Source of the DNA: an uncultured Myxococcales bacterium
GTDB taxonomy: Bacteria > Myxococcota > UBA4151
Direction of reading: 5' to 3'
Assembly (NCBI GenBank): GCA_964013405.1
Contig: CAXGWI010000077.1
Location: forward strand, 1-16,325
Length of the DNA stretch: 16,325 nt
A model generated the notes under the pieces. It saw nothing but the letters and a program-made list of their open reading frames with translations. It did no database searches and was not told the DNA's origin. A program made the position numbers and the translations under genes. Shown here piece after piece: positions 1 to 9,207 of this stretch. Numbering within the stretch: position 1 is the first letter of the stretch; every line of letters starts with the position of its first letter.

Positions 1-50
1 TCCAAGCGATCCCGAGGGTGATCGTCAGTGGTCAGCGACTGCTCAGTCAT
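1..50 (-). CDS. Possible 5' end of the next gene (MTEQSLTTDDHPRDRL...), truncated by the window edge
   Basis: ATG at 50-48 overlaps the GT4 stop (ATGACTGA arrangement) and the frame is open to the window edge. Only 16 codons are visible, so no product can be assigned. Confidence 0.35.
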   Translation of the reverse strand, partial: MTEQSLTTDDHPRDRL

Positions 51-1146
51 GATCTCTAGGTGCTTGGGTATCAAAGTGCCCCTGCACTCGCTCAAGGAGG
101 ACGATCAAACCAACCACTGCCAGGGTGACGAGAAGCACGACCAGGGTATCGAGGATCCCTGAGTTCACCAGGGTCATCGCCGGCAGGGCTGTTGCGAAGG
201 TGAGTAGCCAGATGAAGACTGTGGCCTGTTTGCGGGAAAAACCCAGCCGCAACAATCGGTGGTGAAGGTGATTCTGGTCGGCCCGGCCGATACTTACGCC
301 CTCCCGGGTCCGGATCACGATCACCGAAAAGGTATCGTAGAGGGGCACAGCGAACACGATGATGGGAAGGGCTAAACTTGCGATGACGTTCTGATTCATC
401 GTGAACGTGGCAAGTGCAGTGGCGCAGGCCAAGCTGTAACCAAGGAAAATAGAGCCTGCCGATCCCATGTAGAGGCTTGCTTTAGGGAAGTTGAAGATGA
501 GGAATCCCGTGGTGGCGCCAGCGAGGGCGAGGAGCAGGGACGCCACCAAAGGCTGCAGGCCCCAGATCAACACGGCACCGAGAGAAAGCGCAGCGATCGT
601 GCAGACCCCGGCGCATAGGCCATCGAGACCGTCGATCAAATTGATGCTGTTGGTCAGGCCAACAATCCAGCAGATCGTCAGGATTTCGGGGATGGGTGTG
701 GGCAAAAAGGGAATCGACAAACGCAGCCCACAGATCACGACCACGATGGCAACGAGGCTCTCCACCGCGACGCGTATTTTGATGCTGAGGCCGTGGCGGT
801 CATCGGCCAGCCCCAGAAGCACGATCACCACCCCGCCGAGGATCATGGCCGGCAAGGCATAATCACCTTCCGAGAACTTGAGGTCGATGGACCACTGCGG
901 ACCTAGAATCCCCCATTTTCGCAGAAGGTCCTGGGCAAAGAGCAAGGTCAATGATCCGGCCACGACCACGATGAGATGGGCCGCAGCGATGGCGATACCG
1001 CCCAACATCGGCATGGCCTCAGACTGATGCTTCCGGGCCCCGGGACGATCGAGGATATCAAAGCGACGGGCTAAGCTCCGGCAGATCGGCGTCAAGGCCA
1101 ACGCCAAGAAAAATGTCCCAAAAAATGAAGCGATAAAGAGCATCAT
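43..1146 (-). CDS. Glycosyltransferase family 4 (WecA/TagO/MraY-like) polyprenyl-phosphate N-acetylhexosamine-1-phosphate transferase
   Basis: Multi-TM protein with DRPGARKH..MPMLGG, GLADD, NSINLIDGLDGL, FNFPKASLYMGSAGS and DQNHLHHRL motifs. Start placed at MMLF (1146) because the longer ORF start at 1212 overlaps the HIT gene. Confidence 0.88.
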   Translation of the reverse strand: MMLFIASFFGTFFLALALTPICRSLARRFDILDRPGARKHQSEAMPMLGGIAIAAAHLIVVVAGSLTLLFAQDLLRKWGILGPQWSIDLKFSEGDYALPAMILGGVVIVLLGLADDRHGLSIKIRVAVESLVAIVVVICGLRLSIPFLPTPIPEILTICWIVGLTNSINLIDGLDGLCAGVCTIAALSLGAVLIWGLQPLVASLLLALAGATTGFLIFNFPKASLYMGSAGSIFLGYSLACATALATFTMNQNVIASLALPIIVFAVPLYDTFSVIVIRTREGVSIGRADQNHLHHRLLRLGFSRKQATVFIWLLTFATALPAMTLVNSGILDTLVVLLVTLAVVGLIVLLERVQGHFDTQAPRDHD

Positions 1147-1180
1147 GGCATGGGCTGCACAGCACGGCTTCGCATCGGGA

Positions 1181-1566
<386 letters not shown>

Positions 1567-1884
1567 ATGAGCCCCCGTGACGATCACAAGACCGAATCTG
1601 AAGGCGACGTTCTCGTTCGGCAAAAAACCCAACGACCAAGGAAGTGGCGTGTGTTGATGCATAACGACGACTTTACCACCATGGACTTTGTCATCGAGGT
1701 CCTGGAGCGGTTCTTTAAAAAGAATCGCTCCGAAGCCACCCAACTGATGCTGGAAGTGCATCAAAAGGGCCTTGCTGAGGTGGCTCAGTTGAGCCGAGAT
1801 TTGGCGGAAACGAAAATTGCCGAGGTGGATGCCTACTGTAAGCTACACAGGCAACCCTTACAGTTGAGTGCGGAGCCCACATGA
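1567..1884 (+). CDS. clpS: ATP-dependent Clp protease adaptor ClpS
   Basis: P.KWRVLMHNDDFTTMDFVIEVL..FF, A.QLMLEVHQKG, AETK, PL motifs. Directly upstream of clpA with ATGA overlap. Start at MSPR (1567) rather than 1507. Confidence 0.96.
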   Translation: MSPRDDHKTESEGDVLVRQKTQRPRKWRVLMHNDDFTTMDFVIEVLERFFKKNRSEATQLMLEVHQKGLAEVAQLSRDLAETKIAEVDAYCKLHRQPLQLSAEPT

Positions 1885-4121
1885 AGTTTTCCGCTGAACT
1901 CGTCGCCGTCCTCGACCTCGCTGCGGTGGAAGCCCTGGGTCGGCGGGAAGAGTATGTTACGCCAGAACACCTCTTGTTCGGCCTGCTTCACGACCCCCGA
2001 ACCTCGTCCATTATCGAGGGCTGCGATGGCGATGTGGCCGTCCTCAAATCCCAACTCGAAGGCTTTTTGGACGAGCGTGAAGCGGTGGTGGGCGAAGGTC
2101 CAACCCCCACCGCGGTGAACCAAAGCCTTGGCTTCCAGCGGATCCTTCATCGGGCTGCCGAACAGGTGCATCGTTCGGGGCGGGAGCAGGTAGATTGCCC
2201 CCATATTCTCGTGGCCTTCTTCGACGAGACGGACTGTGAGGCCACCTGGGCCTTGGAACAGGAAGGCTTGGATGAGTTTGTGGTGCAGCGCTATATCGCC
2301 CAATCGAGCCTGCCCACAGGGACTCAAGACCAAGGCCTAGAGGACCTCCCCCCCGATGCTGAAGAGGCGGGAGCCGATGGCCGGGACCCCCTGACCGTCT
2401 ACTGCACCGACCTCGTGGCGAAAGCCCAAGCAGGAGAGTTGGATCCACTCATCGGTCGTGATGGGGAGATGGAACGGGCGGTGCAAGTGCTGGCCCGTCG
2501 ACGAAAGAACAACCCGCTCTTCTTAGGGGAGCCTGGCGTGGGCAAATCAGCCATGGTGGAGGGCCTCGCCCAGCGAATCGCTGACGGCAGCGTCCCGTCC
2601 TTGCTCGCCGAGGCAGAAATCTTTGCCCTCGATATGGGTGCCCTCATGGCTGGCACCCGCTACCGAGGCGATTTCGAAGCCCGAATGAAACAAGTCTTGA
2701 GCGCCCTAGAGACCCGCTCCAATCCCATTCTATTTATCGATGAAATCCATAGCCTCGTTGGGGCAGGGGCAACCCACGGTAGCTCCATGGATGCCGGCAA
2801 CCTCCTCAAGCCTGCCCTTTCCAACGGTGAACTCCAATGCATCGGTGCAACCACCTTCAAGGATTACCGGAGCCACTTCGAGTCAGACGCTGGCCTAGCC
2901 CGCCGCTTTCAAGTGGTGGAGATCCGGGAGCCCAAAGAAGGCGACGCACTCAAAATGATAGAACAAGGGCAACGAGCCGCCTTAGAGACCCACCACAATG
3001 TGCGCTATACCCGGCCAGCCCTGAAGGGGGCCGTCGAGTTATCGGCTCGCTATATTCAAGGTCGAGCCCTGCCGGACAAGGCCATCGACGTCCTCGACGA
3101 AGCCGGTGCCAGGGCTCGGCTTTCCTCACCACCGAAGACCCGGGTCGGAATTCACGAAATCGAAGCGGTCGTGAGTTCGATCACCCGGATTCCGACCCGC
3201 CGAGTCGCCCAGGATGAAAGGGCCGAGTTGGCGACCTTAGCGACAGAGCTCAAAGACCGAGTTTTCGGTCAAGACGAAGCGGTTCAACGGGTGAGCGACG
3301 CCGTCAAGAGGGCCCGGGCGGGACTCCGGCAAACCGATAAGCCGGTGGGGAACTTCTTGTTCTGGGGCCCGACAGGCGTGGGTAAAACCGAGCTTGCCAA
3401 GGCGCTGGCCGACCATCTGGGCCTCGAACTCCTTCGTTTCGATATGAGTGAGTATATGGAACGCCATGCGGTGAGCCGACTCATCGGCGCCCCACCGGGC
3501 TACGTTGGCTTCGATCAGGGCGGCCTGCTCACCGATGCCATCTTGGAGAATCCCCGCAGCGTGGTGCTCTTGGACGAGATCGAAAAAGCCCACCCCGATC
3601 TCTTCAACATCCTCCTCCAGGTGATGGACAGCGGCCAACTTACGGACAACAACGGGCGCAAGGCGGACTTCCGCAACGCCATTCTCATCATGACCTCGAA
3701 CGCCGGTGCCCGGCAGATCTCCAAAGGCAGTATCGGCTTTGGGGGCCGACCCGCTGGCGGCCTGGCCCGGGAGGCTCTGGAGCGAGCTTTCAGTCCAGAA
3801 TTTAGGAACCGCCTCGATGCCATGATCGACTTTGAGCCCCTATCAAGTCAGGTGATGGGGCGTATTGTCGACAAGATGATCGATGAACTTAAAGCCCAAC
3901 TCAAACCCCGCAAAGTCACCCTCAGCCTGAGCGACGAGGCCCGGAACTGGCTGGCGGAAAGAGGGCACGACCCGGCCTACGGCGCCCGCCCGCTGGGGCG
4001 CCTGATCGACCAAGAACTTCGGCAAGCCCTGGCCGACGACCTGCTCTTTGGATCTTTGGTGAACGGGGGAGACGTTCAGGTCACCGTTGCCGAAGACGAA
4101 CTAAAGATCACCGTGGAGTGA
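1881..4121 (+). CDS. clpA: ATP-dependent Clp protease ATP-binding subunit ClpA
   Basis: Clp N-domain (EHLL), two AAA+ modules ([33 protein letters not shown]), IGF ClpP-docking loop, GARPL sensor. No ClpB coiled-coil M-domain; 746 aa; follows clpS. Confidence 0.96.
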   Translation: MKFSAELVAVLDLAAVEALGRREEYVTPEHLLFGLLHDPRTSSIIEGCDGDVAVLKSQLEGFLDEREAVVGEGPTPTAVNQSLGFQRILHRAAEQVHRSGREQVDCPHILVAFFDETDCEATWALEQEGLDEFVVQRYIAQSSLPTGTQDQGLEDLPPDAEEAGADGRDPLTVYCTDLVAKAQAGELDPLIGRDGEMERAVQVLARRRKNNPLFLGEPGVGKSAMVEGLAQRIADGSVPSLLAEAEIFALDMGALMAGTRYRGDFEARMKQVLSALETRSNPILFIDEIHSLVGAGATHGSSMDAGNLLKPALSNGELQCIGATTFKDYRSHFESDAGLARRFQVVEIREPKEGDALKMIEQGQRAALETHHNVRYTRPALKGAVELSARYIQGRALPDKAIDVLDEAGARARLSSPPKTRVGIHEIEAVVSSITRIPTRRVAQDERAELATLATELKDRVFGQDEAVQRVSDAVKRARAGLRQTDKPVGNFLFWGPTGVGKTELAKALADHLGLELLRFDMSEYMERHAVSRLIGAPPGYVGFDQGGLLTDAILENPRSVVLLDEIEKAHPDLFNILLQVMDSGQLTDNNGRKADFRNAILIMTSNAGARQISKGSIGFGGRPAGGLAREALERAFSPEFRNRLDAMIDFEPLSSQVMGRIVDKMIDELKAQLKPRKVTLSLSDEARNWLAERGHDPAYGARPLGRLIDQELRQALADDLLFGSLVNGGDVQVTVAEDELKITVE

Positions 4122-4817
4122 GTCCTGGGCCACACGAGTCCATGGACCCTGCAGCGTCTCACGCTGCTCGAGGCTGCGGTCCAAACGATCTAGAAACTCA
4201 TCCCGACTCAGTAGGCGAGCGCCGAAGCGCCGCATGTGGGGTGTATCCTGCTGGCAGTCGACCAGGTCAAAGCCCTTCATCTGGAGAAACCGAACGAGGG
4301 AGACCAATGCGGCCTTAGATGCATCGGGGGCCCGGTGAAACATCGACTCACCAAAAAAGACGCCGCCGAGTGCGATCCCATAAAGCCCCCCCACCAAATC
4401 ATCACCCTCCCAGGCCTCCACGCTGTGGGCAAAGCCCAAGCGGTGCATGCGATGATAGGCTTTGCGCATATCCTGGGTAATCCACGTCCCGCGCTGGCCG
4501 GGCCGTTGAATGAGGGCACACCCCTCCATCACCCCCTGAAAGTTCGAATCGAAGCGGATCTCGTAAGGGGACTTTCTAAGGGTTTTTTCCAGCTTGCGCG
4601 GCACGTGAAACTCGTTGGGAAAAAGCACCAAGCGAGGGTCTGGACAATGCCATAGAGGTGGGTCGCCTTCCGAGAACCACGGGAAAATACCCCGAGCGTA
4701 AGCGTTGAGGAGCCGCTGGGGGCTTAGGTCCCCCCCCATGGCCAGGAGGCCGTTGGGCTCCGCTTCACGGGGATCAGGAAAGCCCGGGTATCGATCGTGG
4801 AGGCGGTAGAAAGTCAT
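4101..4817 (-). CDS. aat: Leucyl/phenylalanyl-tRNA--protein transferase
   Basis: GLLAMGGDLS, AY..GIFPW, PDPR, TWIT, AHSVEAW, LVGGLYG, FFGESMF, DASK, DCQQ motifs. GGAGG RBS. Confidence 0.96.
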   Translation of the reverse strand: MTFYRLHDRYPGFPDPREAEPNGLLAMGGDLSPQRLLNAYARGIFPWFSEGDPPLWHCPDPRLVLFPNEFHVPRKLEKTLRKSPYEIRFDSNFQGVMEGCALIQRPGQRGTWITQDMRKAYHRMHRLGFAHSVEAWEGDDLVGGLYGIALGGVFFGESMFHRAPDASKAALVSLVRFLQMKGFDLVDCQQDTPHMRRFGARLLSRDEFLDRLDRSLEQRETLQGPWTRVAQDSLHGDL

Positions 4818-4824
4818 CGCCTCC

Positions 4825-5523
4825 CTATTCTGCCCTGATTTGCAGGGTGGCGTCGAGCACCGGGTAGCGCCGACGAGCTGCCTTCAACTCGTAATGCCAC
4901 CATTCGGAGCCAATGGCTCGCAGACCGGCCTTCTTCATGGCCAGCAAAAGAATACGTCGGTGTTCACGGGCCGCCTTGGAGCCCCCCTGATAATTGTGGC
5001 GAGCTCTGAAGCTAAGATCGTCGAAAGCCGAGGGCATCGGCACGGCCTTCCCCGTATCCAGACGATAGAGACCAACGTCAATGGCCGCGCCGAGGTTGTG
5101 CAAACTCCCCCGTTTCGGATCGGCCACAAGGCCTCGCTTCGGGCAGGCTTTCCACAACTCGACTTGAACCGACCAAGGGCGATAGCAATCGTAGGCTAAG
5201 AGGCCAAAACCTTGGGACCGCAATGCCGCGGCCGCTCGTCGAAGACGCTGAGCCAGGGGCTTGAGCACCAGGCAGTCCGCGCCCTTGGGGTAAAACGGAC
5301 GACCCATGATGTTCTGATCCGTACCGTAGGCCAAAGCCACCCGCAGGTCGGGGATGGTATTTTTTAGGGCAGTCAGGTGCTGAGTACTGCGCTTCATCCC
5401 CTTCGGGGCCGGCGGCTTCCCGCCGTAGGGATCCTTACGTCCTTTGCAACCCTCGACGCCGAATGCATAGGCTGCCCCAGAGAGCCCACAAAGCACCAGC
5501 AACAAGCCAATTCGTCCGACCAT
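4825..5523 (-). CDS. D-alanyl-D-alanine dipeptidase (peptidase M15D, VanX/DdpX family), probably exported
   Basis: YDCYRP, SLHNLGAAIDV (SxHxxGxAxD zinc motif), MPSAFDD, EWWHY. Hydrophobic N-terminus MVGRIGLLLVLCGLSGAAYA. The ORF extension to 5967 is antisense to udk and is discarded. Confidence 0.9.
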   Translation of the reverse strand: MVGRIGLLLVLCGLSGAAYAFGVEGCKGRKDPYGGKPPAPKGMKRSTQHLTALKNTIPDLRVALAYGTDQNIMGRPFYPKGADCLVLKPLAQRLRRAAAALRSQGFGLLAYDCYRPWSVQVELWKACPKRGLVADPKRGSLHNLGAAIDVGLYRLDTGKAVPMPSAFDDLSFRARHNYQGGSKAAREHRRILLLAMKKAGLRAIGSEWWHYELKAARRRYPVLDATLQIRAE

Positions 5524-5625
5524 AGAGGCCCCATAACGCGGACCCCGACGACCTGGCCAGAGCAAGTCGCTTGACCGAAGCCAGGATGTGGCGGCAGAGC
5601 CCAGCCAGGCTGCCGGGAGAACACC

Positions 5626-6225
5626 ATGCTCGTCGTCGGATTGGCTGGAGGAACCGCCAGCGGCAAGACCACTGTGGTCGAAGCGATCTGTGACGCCCTC
5701 GGCCCGGATCGAGTCGCTGTGCTGGGATTGGATCATTACTATCGAGACCTTTCCGCGCTGCCCCTCAACGAGCGTAAGACCTATAACTTCGATCACCCTG
5801 ACGCCTTTGACCTGCCCTTGATTCTCGATCACCTCCAGGCCCTCGAGCGGGGGGAGGCGATTCAGCGCCCGAGTTACTCCTTTGCTCTCTCCGTTCGGAC
5901 CGATGAGACCGTCCGAATCGAATCGGCCCCCGTCGTCATGGTCGAAGGTATTCTGGCCCTGGCCCACCCCGAGTTACTGGCCCATTACGACCTGAGAATC
6001 TTCGTGGATTCGGCCGATGATCTGCGCTTGATCCGCCGCTTGGAACGGGATGTGGCCGATCGGGGTCGAAGCCTGGAGGAGACCACATCCCGTTATCTGC
6101 GCTGGGTTCGCCCCATGCACCAGGCCTTCGTCGAGCCGAGCAAAGCAGAGGCGGATATCGTCCTGCGCAACCATCGCAGCCCTGAACGGGCGATCCGACT
6201 GCTCGTCAAGGCCCTCGGCGCTTGA
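5626..6225 (+). CDS. udk: Uridine kinase
   Basis: GLAGGTASGKTT Walker A, DHYYRD, NFDHPDAFD, EGIL, RRLERD...RGR, VRPMH..FVEPSK. GGGAG RBS. Confidence 0.94.
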   Translation: MLVVGLAGGTASGKTTVVEAICDALGPDRVAVLGLDHYYRDLSALPLNERKTYNFDHPDAFDLPLILDHLQALERGEAIQRPSYSFALSVRTDETVRIESAPVVMVEGILALAHPELLAHYDLRIFVDSADDLRLIRRLERDVADRGRSLEETTSRYLRWVRPMHQAFVEPSKAEADIVLRNHRSPERAIRLLVKALGA

Positions 6226-8408
6226 TGCGCTCGGCCGAGGAACTCCTGGGGCCGGATGGCCCCCTGCCTGATTTACTTCCTGGGCACGAGACCCGTCCTG
6301 ATCAATTGCACATGGCCCGCGCAGTGGAAGAACAGCTGACCCATGGCGGCCTACTCGTGGTAGAGGCCGGCACAGGCGTTGGAAAATCCCTTGCCTATCT
6401 TCTGCCCGCCGCGCTCTGGGCGAAAGCGAACGAACGCCGCGTCGTGATCTCGACCAATACAATTCCCCTGCAAGACCAGCTCTTGAAGAAGGACCTGCCA
6501 GTCGTCCGAAAGCTGCTCAAGGCGGCAGGCCTCAACGAACCACTGCGCTATCGCCAACTGGTGGGAAGAGGGAACTACCTGTGTGAGCATCGCCTCAACC
6601 ACGCCCAAGCGGAGGTGGTCCGAGGCGATCAACTCTTTGACGATGAGGGCCGCGTGCTCGCTGACGTGGAGCGGTGGAACGGGGGAGACGACCACGAAGG
6701 CCGACGGCAGGAGATTCCGTTTGGGGTACCAGCCTCCACCTGGGACCGCATCAACGCCGATGCGGACAATTGCCTTAATCGGCGCTGCAACTATTACGAC
6801 CGCTGCCATTTCTTTAACAGCAGGAAGCGGGCAGGAAGCGCCGACCTCCTGGTCGTCAATCACGCCCTCCTTCTGGCCGACCGGGTGGTCCGAGGCGGCG
6901 GTGATGAGGCAGAGGGTGTCTTGCCCGATTGGGATGTCGCCGTCCTCGACGAGGGGCATCACCTGCAAGATATCGCCACCCGGGCTTTCACCGTTGAAGT
7001 GAGTCGACGGAGCCTCAACCGGCATCTTGACCGCTTGGCGAACCCTCGCTTCAAAGACCGGGGCGAGTTAGCAACCCTCGAGATCGCCCTCGGCCAGGTC
7101 ACCGGCGCAAAGGAATCGATCGCCGAACGGCTCGCTGACCTCCTTCACGAGGATCTACACGTTTGGGTCGACAGCGTCCGGGACGCAGCCGAAAGCCTCT
7201 GGGATCAACTGATCGAGGCCTATAGCCAAGATGAATCAAGACAAGTCTGGATCGACCGCCATGCGGCCGAAAGCGAAACCTGGCAGAGTTGCTCCCGACA
7301 ACTTCGAGGTCTGAAGACCAGCCTGCAACAGCTGGTCTACCACCTCGACCGAGTCCTGGGCCAAATCGAAGCGGAATCCCTCCACGAAAACGATGATGCG
7401 GTGCGCCATGGAACACTGGGCATCCAGTCCCGGCGCCGGCGACTCCATGAAGCGAGCGAGTCACTCGATGCCCTTGAAAATGGTGAAGACTGGGGCTGTA
7501 CCTGGGTGGAGGTTGGCAGCATGCCCAAAGATCGCCGCTGGGCTCGAAATGTGGGGCTAAACCGAGCACCGGTGGAGGTCCGTGAGATGCTCGAGGAATA
7601 CCTCTATCAAGGACCCCACGCTTTGGTCATGACCTCGGCAACCCTCACCACGGGCCCCCAAGACTTTCGCCTTCTCGTGCATCAAACAGGGCTCGATCTG
7701 CACCAACCAGAACCCCGACTGCTGGCCTTTGGCTCCCCCTTTAACCATGGTGAGCAAGCCTTACTGGCCACGCTGCCCAATCATCCTGATCCCCGTCAAA
7801 ATGGAGGTCAGGACTTTGAGTCAGCCTGTGATGTCGCCATCGAAACCTTGGTCCGAGCCAGCGAAGGTGGCGCCTTGGTCCTCTTCACTTCTCGACGGCA
7901 AATGCGCGGGAGCTTCGATCGTCTTGCGCCGGCCTTGCTGGGCTCCGGCTACCAAGTTTTCGTTCAAGGCCAACGAGGACTGGCCCGCAGCGAACTACTC
8001 AATCGCTTTCGACGCCAAAGCAAAGGGGTCCTTTTTGGAACCGACAGCTTTTGGGAGGGCGTGGATGTACCCGGTGAAGCACTACGTCTAGTGATCCTGA
8101 CCCGACTTCCCTTTAAGCCGCCGACCGAGCCCATCACGCGGGCTCGCCATGCACGCATCGAGGCGGAAGGCGGTCGCCCCTTCTCAGTCGTCACCTTACC
8201 CGAGGCGATTTTGAAACTCCGCCAAGGCTACGGTCGGCTCTTGCGCCACCGGGAAGACTATGGCGCTGTTGTTATCCTCGATCCACGTATCGAAAGCCTC
8301 GGATACGGTCGTCGCTTTCTTAAAGCACTCCCGCCTGCACGTCGTTTGCGAGGTCATCTCGATACAGTCGTCCAGGCCGTCAGCCAGGCCACAGGAGTTC
8401 CCCATTGA
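6225..8408 (+). CDS. DinG/YoaA family ATP-dependent DNA helicase (Fe-S cluster SF2)
   Basis: Q motif (RPDQ), EAGTGVGKS, GRGNYLC plus C-x4-C-x5-C Fe-S cysteines, DEGH motif II, TSATL, LFTS, SFWEGVD, LPF, QGYGRLLR. TGATG overlap with udk (alternative TTG start at 6222). Confidence 0.93.
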   Translation: MRSAEELLGPDGPLPDLLPGHETRPDQLHMARAVEEQLTHGGLLVVEAGTGVGKSLAYLLPAALWAKANERRVVISTNTIPLQDQLLKKDLPVVRKLLKAAGLNEPLRYRQLVGRGNYLCEHRLNHAQAEVVRGDQLFDDEGRVLADVERWNGGDDHEGRRQEIPFGVPASTWDRINADADNCLNRRCNYYDRCHFFNSRKRAGSADLLVVNHALLLADRVVRGGGDEAEGVLPDWDVAVLDEGHHLQDIATRAFTVEVSRRSLNRHLDRLANPRFKDRGELATLEIALGQVTGAKESIAERLADLLHEDLHVWVDSVRDAAESLWDQLIEAYSQDESRQVWIDRHAAESETWQSCSRQLRGLKTSLQQLVYHLDRVLGQIEAESLHENDDAVRHGTLGIQSRRRRLHEASESLDALENGEDWGCTWVEVGSMPKDRRWARNVGLNRAPVEVREMLEEYLYQGPHALVMTSATLTTGPQDFRLLVHQTGLDLHQPEPRLLAFGSPFNHGEQALLATLPNHPDPRQNGGQDFESACDVAIETLVRASEGGALVLFTSRRQMRGSFDRLAPALLGSGYQVFVQGQRGLARSELLNRFRRQSKGVLFGTDSFWEGVDVPGEALRLVILTRLPFKPPTEPITRARHARIEAEGGRPFSVVTLPEAILKLRQGYGRLLRHREDYGAVVILDPRIESLGYGRRFLKALPPARRLRGHLDTVVQAVSQATGVPH

Positions 8409-9076
8409 ATGTTTTGGTTCTAGATACCGGTTTTTCCGATGGACTGGTGGCTGCCCAAGGCAATGACGGCCGTCGAGCCCAGCGACTGATCGGCCCCTTC
8501 GGCACCCACGGCGAGACCATTCTAGCGGCGATCCAGGAGGTCCTCGACGAGCTCGGACTGGATCGCCGTGACCTTGAGCGGGTGGGCGTCGGCCAAGGCC
8601 CAGGCAGCTTCACAGGGCTACGAATCGCCCTCGCCACAGCCCAAGGCCTTGCGAGCAGTCTGGGGGTTGAGCTCGTGGGCTATCCCACCTTTGAGGCCTT
8701 ACCCCAGCCAAGAACCCATGACCTCGTTCACGTCTTTGATGCCCGCCGAGGACAACTCTTCGCCGCAAGGATGGACAATAACATCTTGGCCCGAGCGGCT
8801 TGTCACGAGCCAGAAACAGTGGGTTCGTGGATCGGTGCGAATACCCTTGTCTTCGGTGACGGCCCCGTTCGCTACCCGCAACTTTTGGCCAGCGGTGGGA
8901 CCTGGCTTGAAGGCCCCTATACGGTCTCTGCAGATCGGGCCCTCAAACTGACCCTCGCCGGCGAGGTGAGAGCGGGTCCTTTGCTGCCGACCTACCGCCG
9001 AGGGGCCGAGGCCCAAGTCCTGTTCGGTAGCCCTGAACTCGACCGAGCCCTCGACGGCGACGAAATCGCTGACTGA
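8405..9076 (+). CDS. tsaB: tRNA threonylcarbamoyladenosine biosynthesis protein TsaB (YeaZ)
   Basis: VLVLDT, H...IL..I, GQGPGSFTGLRIA, DARRGQLF, P.Y.R motifs. TTG start overlapping the helicase stop, with AGGAG RBS at 8393-8397. Confidence 0.93.
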   Translation: MNVLVLDTGFSDGLVAAQGNDGRRAQRLIGPFGTHGETILAAIQEVLDELGLDRRDLERVGVGQGPGSFTGLRIALATAQGLASSLGVELVGYPTFEALPQPRTHDLVHVFDARRGQLFAARMDNNILARAACHEPETVGSWIGANTLVFGDGPVRYPQLLASGGTWLEGPYTVSADRALKLTLAGEVRAGPLLPTYRRGAEAQVLFGSPELDRALDGDEIAD

Positions 9077-9160
9077 TCTGCCGGCGTCATTCGACGGTGA
9101 CTCGAAACCTTGGGGGGGCGTCGCAGGCCTTCGTGTACGCGCGCGATAGGAGTTGGCTTT

Positions 9161-9192
9161 GGGGGCCGTTGTGTTCTAAGCCGCGGGCCCCC
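9161..9192 (+). promoter_or_regulatory. GC-rich inverted repeat immediately before the gcvP ribosome-binding site
   Basis: GGGGGCC(9161-9167)...GGCCCCC(9186-9192), followed by TGAAGAGG and ATG at 9208. No U-tract. Confidence 0.35.
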
Positions 9193-9207
9193 TGAAGAGG
9201 CAGCATT

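Noticed and set aside
4825..5523. vanX as part of a vancomycin resistance cluster
   Set aside because: No vanH/vanA/vanRS nearby. Stand-alone M15D dipeptidases are widespread.
5524..5967. 148-aa N-terminal extension of the dipeptidase ORF (380 aa in the track)
   Set aside because: It is antisense to udk and the divergent gap. The signal-like sequence starts at Met149 (5523).
6225..8408. DinG helicase as a type IV CRISPR (CasDinG) or defence component
   Set aside because: Housekeeping context (udk, tsaB), intact Fe-S cysteines, and no cas genes or array.
9077..9207. Glycine riboswitch upstream of gcvP (also checked 12909-12962 before gcvT)
   Set aside because: No GGAGA...CCGAAG...CTCTCAGG-type core is visible, and the gaps are short for a tandem aptamer.
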